NCBI GenBank assembly: GCA_007125955.1
Contig: SLCF01000002.1
Span: forward strand, 18,627 to 82,626
Direction: 5' to 3'
Source: Bacteroidales bacterium
GTDB taxonomy: Bacteria > Bacteroidota > Bacteroidia > Bacteroidales > PUMT01
Length of the DNA: 64,000 bases
Shown piece by piece: positions 41,485 through 51,806 of the stretch (position 1 is its first letter; each line of letters opens with the position of its first letter). The notes under the pieces were generated by a model, which saw only the letters and a list, made by a program, of their open reading frames with translations, was not told the origin of the DNA and searched no databases. The position numbers and the translations under genes were made by a program.

Positions 41485-42933
41485 TTAACCAACGCTGCCT
41501 TCCAGGGTTATCTGAAGGAGCTTTTGCGCTTCAACGGCAAATTCCATAGGCAGTTTGTTCAGCACCTCTTTGGCGTAACCGTTAACTATAAGTCCGATTG
41601 CATCTTCGGTTGCAATGCCGCGCTGGTTGCAATAGAATATCTGATCTTCACCTATTTTGGATGTGGTTGCCTCATGCTCCACAATAGCCGAACTGTTGTC
41701 GGTTTCAATGTAAGGGAAAGTATGTGCACCGCATTTGTCGCCCAGTAACAGGGAGTCGCACTGGCTGAAATTCCTTGCATTTTCCGCTCCGCGCAAAACT
41801 TTTACAAGCCCCCTTTAACTGTTATTGCTTTTCCCGGCTGAGATACCCTTTGAAACTATAACGCTCCTGGTATTTTTCCCGATGTGGATCATTTTTGTCC
41901 CGGTATCTGCCTGCTGGTGGTTGTTTGTTACGGCCACGGAATAAAATTCACCCACGGAATTATTCCCCTTCAGTATACATCCCGGGTACTTCCATGTTAT
42001 GGCTGACCCTGTTTCTACCTGCGCCCAGGATATCTTTGAATTATCGCCCCTGCATATGCCCCTTTTTGTGACAAAATTGTATATGCCACCTTTCCCCTCT
42101 TTATTTCCGGGATACCAGTTCTGTACCGTAGCATATTTTACGTGGGCATTGTTCATTGCAACTATTTCTACAATTGCCGCATGCAACTGATTCTCGTCAC
42201 GTTGCGGAGCGGTGCAACCTTCCATATAACTTACGTAGCTGTTGTCTTCTGCCACTACAAGTGTCCTTTCAAACTGGCCCGTATTGGCGGCATTGATCCT
42301 GAAATAGGTCGAAAGCTCCATAGGGCAGCGAACTCCTTTTGGTATGTAGCAGAAAGACCCGTCGCTGAAAACGGCTGAATTAAGGGCTGCAAAATAGTTG
42401 TCGGTATACGGAACAACCGTCCCCATATATTTTTTCACCAGATCGGGATGTTCGCGAACAGCTTCGCTGAAAGAACAGAAAATTATCCCCAGGTCAGCCA
42501 GGGTCTCCTTGAAAGTGGTTTTGACCGAGACACTGTCCATTACCGCATCAACTGCAACACCAGCCAGGTGCTTTTGCTCCTCAAGGGGTATTCCGAGCTT
42601 GTTGAAGGTTTCCAGAAGTTCAGGGTCAACCTCATCAAGACTGTCGGTTTTTTTCTTTTGCCTGGGAGCGGAATAATATATAAGACTCTGGTAGTCTATT
42701 TCAGGGATTTTCAATTTTGCCCATCCGGGCATATCCATAGTAAGCCAGTGCCGGTATGCTTTAAGCCGGAAATCAAGCATAAACTGTGGCTCATTCTTCC
42801 TGGCAGATATTTCCTTTATCACATCTTCGTTGAGACCCTTTGCTATACTGTCCTGTTCAATATCGGTATAGAAACCGAATTTGTATTCACTCCCCGTAAC
42901 CTCTCCAAGTATTTTATCTTGCTCTTTTTTCAT
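41485..42933 (-). pseudogene. sufB: SufB interrupted by a single in-frame TAA at 41815-41817 (482 codons if read through)
   Basis: ORFs 41815-42933 and 41485-41796 share a frame. The junction reads [32 protein letters not shown], where SufB normally has Y. The sufB identity is very clear; the pseudogene status is uncertain. Confidence 0.75.
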
Positions 42934-42964
42934 AACTTTGCCAATCTCAGGGTAAACGCTCTCA

Positions 42965-42983
42965 AATTAGAATTAATCTAATT
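42965..42983. promoter_or_regulatory. Fur-like 7-5-7 palindrome at the suf promoter
   Basis: AATTAGA-ATTAA-TCTAATT, immediately downstream of a minus-strand TATATTTG -7 element (42989-42996). Confidence 0.65.
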
Positions 42984-43053
42984 AAGCGCAAATATAGTAA
43001 AATAGTAACAAAATTTAAAGCCAAAAAGTTGAATTACTTCAACAATAAAAGAT

Positions 43054-44103
43054 ATGAATAAAAAAGAGAAAAGAACAGAGTTGTCGGAGCTTGGGGAATT
43101 CGGGCTGATTGATCATCTTACAAAAGATTTGAAAAACAGACATAAAGAAACCGTTAAAGGTGTTGGTGATGATGCCGCCATTCTTGATTACGGCAATAAG
43201 CTTGTAGTTGCCACCAGCGACCTGCTGATGGAGGGTATTCACTTTGACCTGATGTACACCCCCCTTAAACATCTTGGATACAAAGCTGTAACCGTTAATC
43301 TTTCGGATGTTTATGCTATGAACGGATATCCCAGGCAGATAATAATTTCCATAGCACTTTCCGCAAAGTTTTCCCTTGAACAGGTTGAAGAGCTTTACCG
43401 GGGCATCAGGCTTGCCTGTGAAAGGTATAATGTAGACATTGCCGGAGGTGACACCACATCGTCAATGACAGGTTTGGCTATAAACATTACAGCTCTTGGT
43501 GAAGCGTCCGAAGGATCGACAGTATTTCGCAGCGGGGCTGTCAAAAATGATATCATATGCGTTTCGGGTGACCTCGGTGCTTCATATATGGGGCTCCAGG
43601 TGCTTGAAAGGGAAAAAAAGATATTCATGGAAGATCCTGAAATAAAACCGTTGCTTGAGGGATATGACTATGTTATTGAACGGCAGCTAAAGCCGGAGGC
43701 TAGAAGGGATGTAATCGAGTTCCTGTCTGAAAGGGAAGTCGTTCCCACATCAATGATCGATATTTCTGACGGACTCTCGTCAGAAATAAATCATATCTGC
43801 ACAAATTCAGGTAAAGGATGCAGACTCTTTGCCGAACATATACCATTTGACAATGAAACGGTTAAAGTTGCCGGAGAGATGAATATAGAGCCTCTGATGG
43901 CAGCGCTTAACGGCGGCGAGGATTATGAGCTGCTTTTCACAGTAAGGCCCGATGACTACAAAAAGATAAGCGATGTGGCGGTTATAAAGGCTATCGGACA
44001 CATTACAACGCCCGAAGAAGGGCTAAACCTGGTATCACCTGACGGCTCGGTGATAAAGCTCTCATCCGGAGGCTGGAATTCAATGGGGAAAAAGGGGAAG
44101 TGA
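43054..44103 (+). CDS. thiL: Thiamine-monophosphate kinase
   Basis: GEFGLI, GVGDDAA, NLSDVYAM, GGDTT, IDISDGL, GGEDYELLF. Confidence 0.95.
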   Translation: MNKKEKRTELSELGEFGLIDHLTKDLKNRHKETVKGVGDDAAILDYGNKLVVATSDLLMEGIHFDLMYTPLKHLGYKAVTVNLSDVYAMNGYPRQIIISIALSAKFSLEQVEELYRGIRLACERYNVDIAGGDTTSSMTGLAINITALGEASEGSTVFRSGAVKNDIICVSGDLGASYMGLQVLEREKKIFMEDPEIKPLLEGYDYVIERQLKPEARRDVIEFLSEREVVPTSMIDISDGLSSEINHICTNSGKGCRLFAEHIPFDNETVKVAGEMNIEPLMAALNGGEDYELLFTVRPDDYKKISDVAVIKAIGHITTPEEGLNLVSPDGSVIKLSSGGWNSMGKKGK

Positions 44104-47100
44104 TCAGAGGTTTTGCTTAACTTCAACCTCCCTGTATGCTTCAATAATGTCTCCTACCTTGATATCATTGAAGTTTTCAATGTTCAGACCGCACTCATAA
44201 CCTGTTGCAACCTCTTTCACATCATCCTTATACCTCTTTAGAGACCCCAGCACACCGGTGTAAACCACAATTCCTTCACGAATCACCCTGACCTTCGAGT
44301 TGCGGTTGATTTTTCCCTCCTTCACAATACATCCGGCAACCCTTCCAACCTTGGAGATCTTGAACACATCCCTTATTTCAAGGGTAGCCACAATCTCCTC
44401 TTTTATCTCAGGTATCAGCATACCTTCCATAGCCGACCTGATCTCATTTATTGCGTCGTAGATAATTGAATAGAGACGGATGTCGATCTCCTCTTTCTCG
44501 GCAAGCTTACGGGCAGACATTGAAGGTCTCACCTGAAAACCGACGATTATTGCATTGGAAGCTGCAGCAAGCAGTATATCCGATTCCGATATCTGTCCCA
44601 CAGCCTTGTGGATTATCCTTACCTGTATCTGTTCGGCAGATAACTTGATAAGTGCATCCGAAATAGCTTCCACTGAACCGTCAACATCACCTTTAACAAT
44701 AATGTTCAGCTCCTGGAAATTGCCGATTGCAATCCGCCTTCCAATCTCATCAAGTGTAATATGCTTTTGTGTACGAAGTCCCTGCTCCCTTTGAAGCTGT
44801 TCCCTCCTGTTTGCAATGTCCTTTGCTTCCCTGTCACTTGTCAGCACATTGAAATTATCGCCTGCCTGGGGAGCACCGTTGAGTCCGAGTATCAGCACCG
44901 GTGTTGAGGGGCCGGCTTCTTTTATACGCTTGCCCCTCTCGTTGTACATTGCCTTGACATGACCGTAGAATGTTCCGGCAAGCACCAGGTCGCCTACCTT
45001 TAGGGTTCCGCTCTGGACGAGCATGGTTGCAATATAACCCCTGCCCTTATCCAGTGATGACTCCACAACCGTTCCTGCAGCGTTTTTCGAAGGATTGGCT
45101 TTAAGTTCCTGTACTTCAGACTCAAGCAAGACCTTTTCAAGGAGAATATCGATGTTTTTTCCCTGTTTTGCAGATATTTCCTGAACCTGGTATTTCCCGC
45201 CCCAGTCTTCTGTCAAAAAGTTCATGTTTGCAAGCTGCTCCCTGATCCTTTCGGTATTGGCATTCGGCCTGTCTATCTTGTTGATGGCAAAAACAATTGG
45301 CACCCCTGCCGCATGGGCATGGTTTATAGCTTCCACCGTCTGGGGCATCACACTGTCATCCGCCGCTATAACGATTATTGCAACATCTGTAATCTTTGCA
45401 CCGCGTGCACGCATTGCGGTAAATGCTTCGTGACCCGGAGTATCGAGAAAAGTTATATTCTTCCCGTTCTCAAGTTTTACGCTATATGCCCCGATATGCT
45501 GGGTGATTCCTCCCGCTTCTCCGCCTATAACATTTGAATGCCTTATAAAGTCCAGCAAAGAAGTTTTCCCGTGGTCAACATGTCCCATAACCGTAACTAT
45601 GGGCGAACGCGGTTCCATTTCAGAAGGATCCCCTTCATCTTCTTTAACATCATCCTGCAAGTCTACACTTACAAACTCGGTTTTAAAATCGTACTCTTCA
45701 GCAACCAGCGAGATCGTTTCAGCATCAAGCCTCTGGTTTATTGACACGAAAAGTCCAAGGTTCATACAGGAGGAGATAATATCAGTAGCCGGCACATCCA
45801 TCATGTTTGCCAGTTCGCTTACTGTAACGAATTCGGTAACCTTGAGAACATTCTTTTCCTTTTCCTGCCTCTCGGCGTCCTCACGCTGCCTGACACTCAG
45901 CTGCTCACGTTTTTCACGCCTGTACCTGGAACCTTTTGATTTTCCTTTTGATGTGAGTCTTGATAAAGTATCCTTGATCTGTTTCTGTACATCCTCATCA
46001 CTTATTTCGGGACGCAAAGCCTTACCTTTCTTTTTACTCTTCTTTTTCAGGGGTTCGTCTTGCTGCTTGCGCCCTTTCTTCTCTTTTTCTTTCTCCTTGC
46101 CTTCTACAGCCACCTTCTGGTTATCCTTGCGAATTCTCTTTCTCCTCTTCTTTTTTGGTCTTCCTGTTTCACCTTCAGCAGACTGTTGCTTCTTCCTCTC
46201 TTCAGGTGAGGGGAGGTTTATTTTTCCCACTACCCTTACACCGCTGAGTTTCTGCACACTTGGCTTATATATCTCATCTTCAGCCTTTTTAGCTGCAGGT
46301 GCCTCTTCAGTCTCCGCCTCCTTTTCCTTTGCCGGAGGAGGTGTATCCTCTCTTTTATCTTTGGGTTTCTCAGGCTTCTCGACTTTATCCTCTTTCTTAA
46401 CAGCTTTCTTTTCACCGGCTTTTTCGCTGACCGGTTCTTTCTTCTCTTTCTTCTCTTTCTTCTCTTTCTTTTCTTCCTTCTCTTTCTTTTTTTCCTTATC
46501 TTCCTTCTCTTTTAACTCTTCAGCAACTTTATCTGACTTTTCATCCTTTTTGGGCGGCTGCTTTTTCCTGCTGATTGAATCGAGGTCTATAGATCCCACT
46601 ATCTTTAATTTTGAACCCCTCTCTTCTTTCTCATGCTGCTTTTCCGGTGCCTCTTTTTCCTCATCTTTTACTTCCTCTCCGGCAGGTTCCTTTTTAGATG
46701 GTTCAGATGCACCCTCCTCTTTTTCTGAGGGCTTTTCAACATCACTCTCTTTTTCGCCGGGTTTTTCTTTTTCTTCAGTCACAACAGCTTTTTTCCCGGA
46801 AGTCTCCTTTATCAGCAATTCATCATCGCTCTCCGGTGAATCAGTTTCAGACTCCGTTTTTTCTGCATGAATATCATCAATTGACAATGCCTCCTTCCTT
46901 TCCCTGGAAATACGGAAACTCATCTTCTCGGACTCCTCCTTGACCTTTATCTCGGAGCTGTACTCCTTGAGCAAAAGGTTGTACTGTTCCTCTGTTACTT
47001 TCGTGTTAGGGTTTGCGTTGATATCATAACCCTTTTTCTTAAGGTAATCGACTATGGTCTGTATACCCAGGTTGAATTCCCGTGCAACTTTACTGAGTCG

Positions 47101-47124
47101 TTTTGTTTTTGTGACTTCTGACAT
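44104..47124 (-). CDS. infB: Translation initiation factor IF-2
   Basis: [30 protein letters not shown]; long K/E-rich N-terminal region. Confidence 0.98.
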   Translation of the reverse strand: MSEVTKTKRLSKVAREFNLGIQTIVDYLKKKGYDINANPNTKVTEEQYNLLLKEYSSEIKVKEESEKMSFRISRERKEALSIDDIHAEKTESETDSPESDDELLIKETSGKKAVVTEEKEKPGEKESDVEKPSEKEEGASEPSKKEPAGEEVKDEEKEAPEKQHEKEERGSKLKIVGSIDLDSISRKKQPPKKDEKSDKVAEELKEKEDKEKKKEKEEKKEKKEKKEKKEPVSEKAGEKKAVKKEDKVEKPEKPKDKREDTPPPAKEKEAETEEAPAAKKAEDEIYKPSVQKLSGVRVVGKINLPSPEERKKQQSAEGETGRPKKKRRKRIRKDNQKVAVEGKEKEKEKKGRKQQDEPLKKKSKKKGKALRPEISDEDVQKQIKDTLSRLTSKGKSKGSRYRREKREQLSVRQREDAERQEKEKNVLKVTEFVTVSELANMMDVPATDIISSCMNLGLFVSINQRLDAETISLVAEEYDFKTEFVSVDLQDDVKEDEGDPSEMEPRSPIVTVMGHVDHGKTSLLDFIRHSNVIGGEAGGITQHIGAYSVKLENGKNITFLDTPGHEAFTAMRARGAKITDVAIIVIAADDSVMPQTVEAINHAHAAGVPIVFAINKIDRPNANTERIREQLANMNFLTEDWGGKYQVQEISAKQGKNIDILLEKVLLESEVQELKANPSKNAAGTVVESSLDKGRGYIATMLVQSGTLKVGDLVLAGTFYGHVKAMYNERGKRIKEAGPSTPVLILGLNGAPQAGDNFNVLTSDREAKDIANRREQLQREQGLRTQKHITLDEIGRRIAIGNFQELNIIVKGDVDGSVEAISDALIKLSAEQIQVRIIHKAVGQISESDILLAAASNAIIVGFQVRPSMSARKLAEKEEIDIRLYSIIYDAINEIRSAMEGMLIPEIKEEIVATLEIRDVFKISKVGRVAGCIVKEGKINRNSKVRVIREGIVVYTGVLGSLKRYKDDVKEVATGYECGLNIENFNDIKVGDIIEAYREVEVKQNL
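46436..46471. repeat. 9-bp tandem repeat inside infB encoding (KKE)n
   Basis: TCTTTCTTC x3 plus TCTTTCTTT. Confidence 0.7.
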
Positions 47125-47175
47125 AAATAACCTCGCAGTTTATTGCCCCTCTTTAATAACTGTTTAAACTTCAAA

Positions 47176-48414
47176 TCATTCGAATTCCGCATTCAGAATT
47201 CTCATAACATCACGCACAGTCTCCTCCTCCAGTTCAGTCCGTTTCATAAGATCCTCCACGGTAAGTTCGAGAACGCTTTTTGCAGTATCGCAACCTATAG
47301 ATTTCAGTTCATCAATGACCCATGAATCCAGCTCATCTGCAAATTCATCCAGATTCACATCCTCTTCATCTTCTGTACCGCTTTCCCTGAAGACATCTAT
47401 TTCATAACCTGTTAGCTGACCTGCCAGCTTAATGTTCAGCCCTCCCTTCCCTATTGCAAGGGATACTTCATTGGGCTTGAGAAAAACCTCGGCGTGCTTT
47501 TCCTCTTCGTTTATTTTTATTGAACTTATCTTTGCAGGACTCAGAGACCTGGTAATATAAAGCTGTGTATTGTTTGTGAAATTGATAACATCAATATTTT
47601 CGTTTCTCAACTCCCTTACTATCCCGTGAATTCGTGACCCTTTCATCCCGACACACGCCCCAACCGGGTCTATCCTTTCGTCATACGATTCAACTGCCAC
47701 CTTGGCACGCTCCCCCGGCACACGAACTATCTTTTTTATTGTAATGAGCCCGTCAAAGATCTCCGGCACCTCAAGCTCAAAAAGCCGCTCCAGGAACACA
47801 GGTGATGTGCGCGAAAGTATTATCAGCGGGGTATTGTTTCTCATCTCAACCCTTATTACAACCGCACGTATGGTATCGCCCTTTCGAAAGTAATCAGTTG
47901 GAATCTGTTCCTGTTTGGGCATTATAAGTTCATTTCCTTCATCGTCAATGACAAGTATTTCCCTTTTCCAAACCTGGTATACATCGCCTGTGACTACCTC
48001 ACCGATACGGTCTTTGTATTTGAGATAAACATTGTTCTTTTCAAGCTCCATTATTCTTGATGTGAGGTTTTGCCTGAGCGACAAAATTGCTCTTCTGCCA
48101 AAATCAAGAAGCTTTACCTCATCTGTAACTTCTTCACCCACCTCATAGTCGGGATCAATCTCCTTTGCCTTCGACAGGGATATCTGGAGGTTAAAGTCCT
48201 CAACCTCCCCGTCAGGCACCACCTCACGGTTACGCCAGATCTCGAAGTCGCCCTTGTCAATATTGATTATAATATCAAAATTTTCATCCGTGCCGTACTT
48301 CTTTAAAAGCATATTTCTGAATACATCTTCCAGCACACTCATCATAGTAGCACGGTCAATATTTTTCAGTTCTTTAAATTCCGAAAAAGTGTCCGTCAAA
48401 TTCAGGTTTTCCAT
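47176..48414 (-). CDS. nusA: Transcription termination/antitermination factor NusA
   Basis: S1 and KH domains, RVPGERAKVAV, DPVGACVG, LAIGKGG. Confidence 0.97.
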   Translation of the reverse strand: MENLNLTDTFSEFKELKNIDRATMMSVLEDVFRNMLLKKYGTDENFDIIINIDKGDFEIWRNREVVPDGEVEDFNLQISLSKAKEIDPDYEVGEEVTDEVKLLDFGRRAILSLRQNLTSRIMELEKNNVYLKYKDRIGEVVTGDVYQVWKREILVIDDEGNELIMPKQEQIPTDYFRKGDTIRAVVIRVEMRNNTPLIILSRTSPVFLERLFELEVPEIFDGLITIKKIVRVPGERAKVAVESYDERIDPVGACVGMKGSRIHGIVRELRNENIDVINFTNNTQLYITRSLSPAKISSIKINEEEKHAEVFLKPNEVSLAIGKGGLNIKLAGQLTGYEIDVFRESGTEDEEDVNLDEFADELDSWVIDELKSIGCDTAKSVLELTVEDLMKRTELEEETVRDVMRILNAEFE

Positions 48415-48429
48415 TTCAAGTCTCTTTTA

Positions 48430-48888
48430 TCAAAATTCTATAAGAAGCCTGGTAGCCTTTACAGATTCAAACTCAAATTCTCTCTTTATTATTTTTTCAA
48501 CAGGACGCTTCCTGCCGGTTTTTTCCTTTATCTTTTCATCAATTGTGAAACCTTCATCCTTTACTTCCTTAAGCACTCCCTTGTGCTTTGCTCCTTCCCG
48601 GGTAACTACCTCAACTATGTTTCCCAGGTTCTTCAGGTATTGCCTTATCACCACGAAAGGTTCTGACAAGCCGGGTGATGAAACCTCCAGCTCAAAATCT
48701 TCATTATCCCTGTCCAGGCTCTTTTCAATCAACCTGTTCATTCGGACACAATCATCAATAGTCACACCCTCTTCATTGTCAATATTTATCGTTATCCTGT
48801 TTGATGGGGTGACCTTAACCTTTACCAGGAACATCCCGCTGTCCAGGTTGTTTTCAACAATCTCCCTTATCAATCCGGCATCTATCAT
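48430..48888 (-). CDS. rimP: Ribosome maturation factor RimP
   Basis: GVTIDDC, FELEVSSPG; rimP-nusA-infB order. Confidence 0.93.
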   Translation of the reverse strand: MIDAGLIREIVENNLDSGMFLVKVKVTPSNRITINIDNEEGVTIDDCVRMNRLIEKSLDRDNEDFELEVSSPGLSEPFVVIRQYLKNLGNIVEVVTREGAKHKGVLKEVKDEGFTIDEKIKEKTGRKRPVEKIIKREFEFESVKATRLLIEF

Positions 48889-49081
48889 GGCTTAACCTCT
48901 ATTCAAATTTCAGCTGCAAACAGATAATCCACTGAATTAATTTCGTTAACCGCTGCTTAGCCCGCAACCGGTCAGACTGCAGTTTTTGCCAAAAACCCCG
49001 GCTTATGCCTGCTGTAATTTAAATCTTTTTAATTAACGTTTGTTGGTTTACAGCTTTTTTAACAGCACTGATTTATATAAA

Positions 49082-49103
49082 ATAGGGGACTATTGTCCCC
49101 TAT
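49082..49103 (-). promoter_or_regulatory. rimP leader hairpin (terminator/attenuator-like)
   Basis: ATAGGGGAC-aata-GTCCCCTAT then TTT on the minus strand, about 30 nt after a TAGCTTTG -7 element (49131-49138). Confidence 0.65.
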
Positions 49104-49326
49104 ACACTATTTCTTCACCGCAATCATCCGCAAAGCTAATAAAATAATGTTTAAAATACAAAAATATTATATTGAAAGTTAGTACTTTTATAGTGGTGGA
49201 ATTCTCTATTGAGAAAACTTCATTATTTTTGCCACCGGACTGACAGAGCCCGGAGTGTAATATGTTGTTTTACCGTAACAACCGTTAAATCTCCAATAAT
49301 GCAATATTATAACCCTGACAAATTCA

Positions 49327-50583
49327 GTGAGTAAAAACCTGACCAATAAAAGAAAAATAATAAACGATCCGGTTCACGGATTCATTGAAATATCGTCCGG
49401 GCTCATTTTCGACCTGATAGAGCATCCTGCATTTCAAAGGTTGAGAAGAATAAAGCAACTCGGGCTTACAAATTTTGTTTATCCGGGCGCAACACATACG
49501 CGTTTCCAGCACGCTCTCGGTGCAGCTCACCTGATGAGGTCGGGTATTGACATTATCAGGCAAAAAGGGCACGAAATAACCGATGAGGAGGCTGAGGCAG
49601 CCATTATGGCCATTCTGCTCCACGATATCGGTCACGGCCCCTTTTCTCATGCACTCGAGTTCTCTATAATACAGAACATTACCCACGAACACATGTCATC
49701 TGTCTATTTTGATGTTCTGAACCGCCGTTATAACGGAAGTCTGGATAAAGCCAAAGATGTTTTTAACGGTACATATAAAAAGAAATTCCTGCACCAGCTT
49801 GTTTCAGGCCAGCTTGATGTAGACCGGCTTGATTATCTTAAACGCGATAGTTTTTTCACAGGGGTTACAGAGGGTGTTATAGGTTCAGAGCGGATTATTA
49901 AAATGCTGAATGTTCATGATGACAAACTGGTAATAGATGCCAAAGGGATCTACTCTATAGAAAAGTTCCTGATAGCCCGGCGGTTAATGTACTGGCAGGT
50001 CTATTTCCATAAAACAGTCATTGCAGCTGAATACCTTCTTGTAATGCTGCTGAAAAGGGCAAGGGAGCTTGCACTTGCAGGGGAAAAACTTTTTTCAACC
50101 CCACCTCTCGGATTTTTTCTTTCAAACAGTATAAATAAAAAAGATCTGAAAGATCCCGCTCTGCTGGATGAAATTGTTCATCACTACACCATGCTTGATG
50201 ATGATGATATAACAAGCTCTGCCAAGGTCTGGACGGAGCATTCGGATCCCGTACTTTCAACGCTGGCAGGCAACCTTGTAAACCGGAAACTCTTTCGCGT
50301 TGAAATTGGCGACACACCTTACAGCACTGAACATGCTGGAAGGATAAAAGAAAAAATAATGAAAAAGTACGGTATCAACGAGCATGAAGCTTCACATTTC
50401 GTCTTTTCCGACGAGATAACCAACCATGCCTACAGCGGGGAAGACGAAAATATTTGCATTCTCCACAAGAACGGGAAACTGGTTGATATAGCCGGGGCTT
50501 CTGATATGTTCAACGTATCGCTTTTGTCAAAAATCACAAAAAAATATTTTATTTGCTTCCCGAAAGAGATTGAAACATTTTAA
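49327..50583 (+). CDS. HD-domain phosphohydrolase (dNTP triphosphohydrolase-like)
   Basis: DPVHG, FQRLRRIKQLG, HTRFQH, LLHDIGHGPFSH, DVDRLDYL..D; GTG start. Confidence 0.9.
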   Translation: MSKNLTNKRKIINDPVHGFIEISSGLIFDLIEHPAFQRLRRIKQLGLTNFVYPGATHTRFQHALGAAHLMRSGIDIIRQKGHEITDEEAEAAIMAILLHDIGHGPFSHALEFSIIQNITHEHMSSVYFDVLNRRYNGSLDKAKDVFNGTYKKKFLHQLVSGQLDVDRLDYLKRDSFFTGVTEGVIGSERIIKMLNVHDDKLVIDAKGIYSIEKFLIARRLMYWQVYFHKTVIAAEYLLVMLLKRARELALAGEKLFSTPPLGFFLSNSINKKDLKDPALLDEIVHHYTMLDDDDITSSAKVWTEHSDPVLSTLAGNLVNRKLFRVEIGDTPYSTEHAGRIKEKIMKKYGINEHEASHFVFSDEITNHAYSGEDENICILHKNGKLVDIAGASDMFNVSLLSKITKKYFICFPKEIETF

Positions 50584-50628
50584 AATATTAGTTTTGCATT
50601 TAATATGATATTGTAAATTTTTTTAATT

Positions 50629-51675
50629 ATGCAAATGGAGTTCACGGCAAAGAGGATTGCCGAATACTTAAACGGTGAAGTGGTAGGCAACCCCAATGAA
50701 AAGATCCTGAATGTTTCCAGGATAGAAGAAGGGGAACCAGGCGGGCTTGCATTCCTTGCAAATCCTAAATATGAAAAGTACATATACAGTACTCAGGCAT
50801 CGGTTGTGATAGTAAACCGGGATTTCGAGCCGTCACAACCTGTGAGCTGCACTCTCATTAAAGTAGATAATTCATACCAGGCTATCGCCGAACTTCTGGA
50901 GATGAAAGAAAAGTCGAAACCGGGGAAGAAAGGAATAGATAAATCGGCCCAAACCGACACGTCCGCTACTATTGGAAAAAATGTATACATCGGCCATTTT
51001 TCAGTTGTTTCGGAAAATACTGTTATAGGCAACAATGTAAAGATATACCCCCAGACCTATATAGGGGAGGACGTAATTATTGGTGACAACACCATAATAT
51101 ATCCGGGTGTTAAAATTTACAACGATTGCATTATTGGCAAAAATTGCATTATTCATGCCGGTTCGGTGTTAGGCAGCGACGGGTTTGGATTTGCGCCAAT
51201 GGATGACAACAACTATAAGAAGATCCCCCAGGTAGGGAATGTCATACTTGAAGATAATGTGGAGGTAGGAGCAAACACAACAATTGACAGGGCAATGATG
51301 GGATCTACAATAATCCGCAGGGGCACAAAGCTGGACAATCTCATTCAGGTAGCTCACAATGTCAATATAGGGGAGAATACGGTTATAGCAGCTCAAAGCG
51401 GTATTGCCGGATCCACCAGGATAGGCAGCAACTGCATGTTCGGCGGACAGGTAGGTGTGTCCGGGCATTTAACCGTTGCCAGCGGTGTGAAGGCAGCTGC
51501 ACAGTCAGGAATCGCATCCAGCGTTACCAAAGACAATGAAGTTATTCAGGGATCACCAAGCCTCAATGCAGGTGAATTTAAACGTTCATATGTGCTGTTT
51601 AAAAAGCTCCCCGAACTGAGAGAACAGATAAGCAGGCTTCAGGAGCAGATTAATGAACTGAAAAAAAAGTTATGA
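50629..51675 (+). CDS. lpxD: UDP-3-O-acylglucosamine N-acyltransferase
   Basis: FLANPKY, hexapeptide repeats, [21 protein letters not shown]. Confidence 0.95.
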   Translation: MQMEFTAKRIAEYLNGEVVGNPNEKILNVSRIEEGEPGGLAFLANPKYEKYIYSTQASVVIVNRDFEPSQPVSCTLIKVDNSYQAIAELLEMKEKSKPGKKGIDKSAQTDTSATIGKNVYIGHFSVVSENTVIGNNVKIYPQTYIGEDVIIGDNTIIYPGVKIYNDCIIGKNCIIHAGSVLGSDGFGFAPMDDNNYKKIPQVGNVILEDNVEVGANTTIDRAMMGSTIIRRGTKLDNLIQVAHNVNIGENTVIAAQSGIAGSTRIGSNCMFGGQVGVSGHLTVASGVKAAAQSGIASSVTKDNEVIQGSPSLNAGEFKRSYVLFKKLPELREQISRLQEQINELKKKL

Positions 51676-51733
51676 CAATCTCATCTCTGTCCCGGCCTGT
51701 TTGTTGAAGATCAGCATCTCAATGGTTCAAACT

Positions 51734-51766
51734 AAAGAAAAGCCTGCCGGGTTTTTCTTTTTTTTT
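51734..51766 (+). terminator. Possible intra-cluster terminator after lpxD
   Basis: AAAGAAAAGCC-tgccg-GGTTTTTCTTT followed by a T run. Confidence 0.45.
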
Positions 51767-51806
51767 GTATATTGCGGCGTTTTATTTTTATACCTACACA
51801 AACATT

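Noticed and set aside
41815-41817. Genome-wide stop-codon reassignment, selenocysteine/pyrrolysine, or an intein explaining the sufB break
   Set aside because: TAA ends many genes here at their expected C-termini (e.g. murD, lpxA, sufS). Sec and Pyl use TGA and TAG. There is no inserted sequence, and the read-through length is normal.
45503-46870. 455-aa plus-strand ORF rich in S, F and L
   Set aside because: It is the antisense shadow of the K/E-rich infB region and has no protein-like features.
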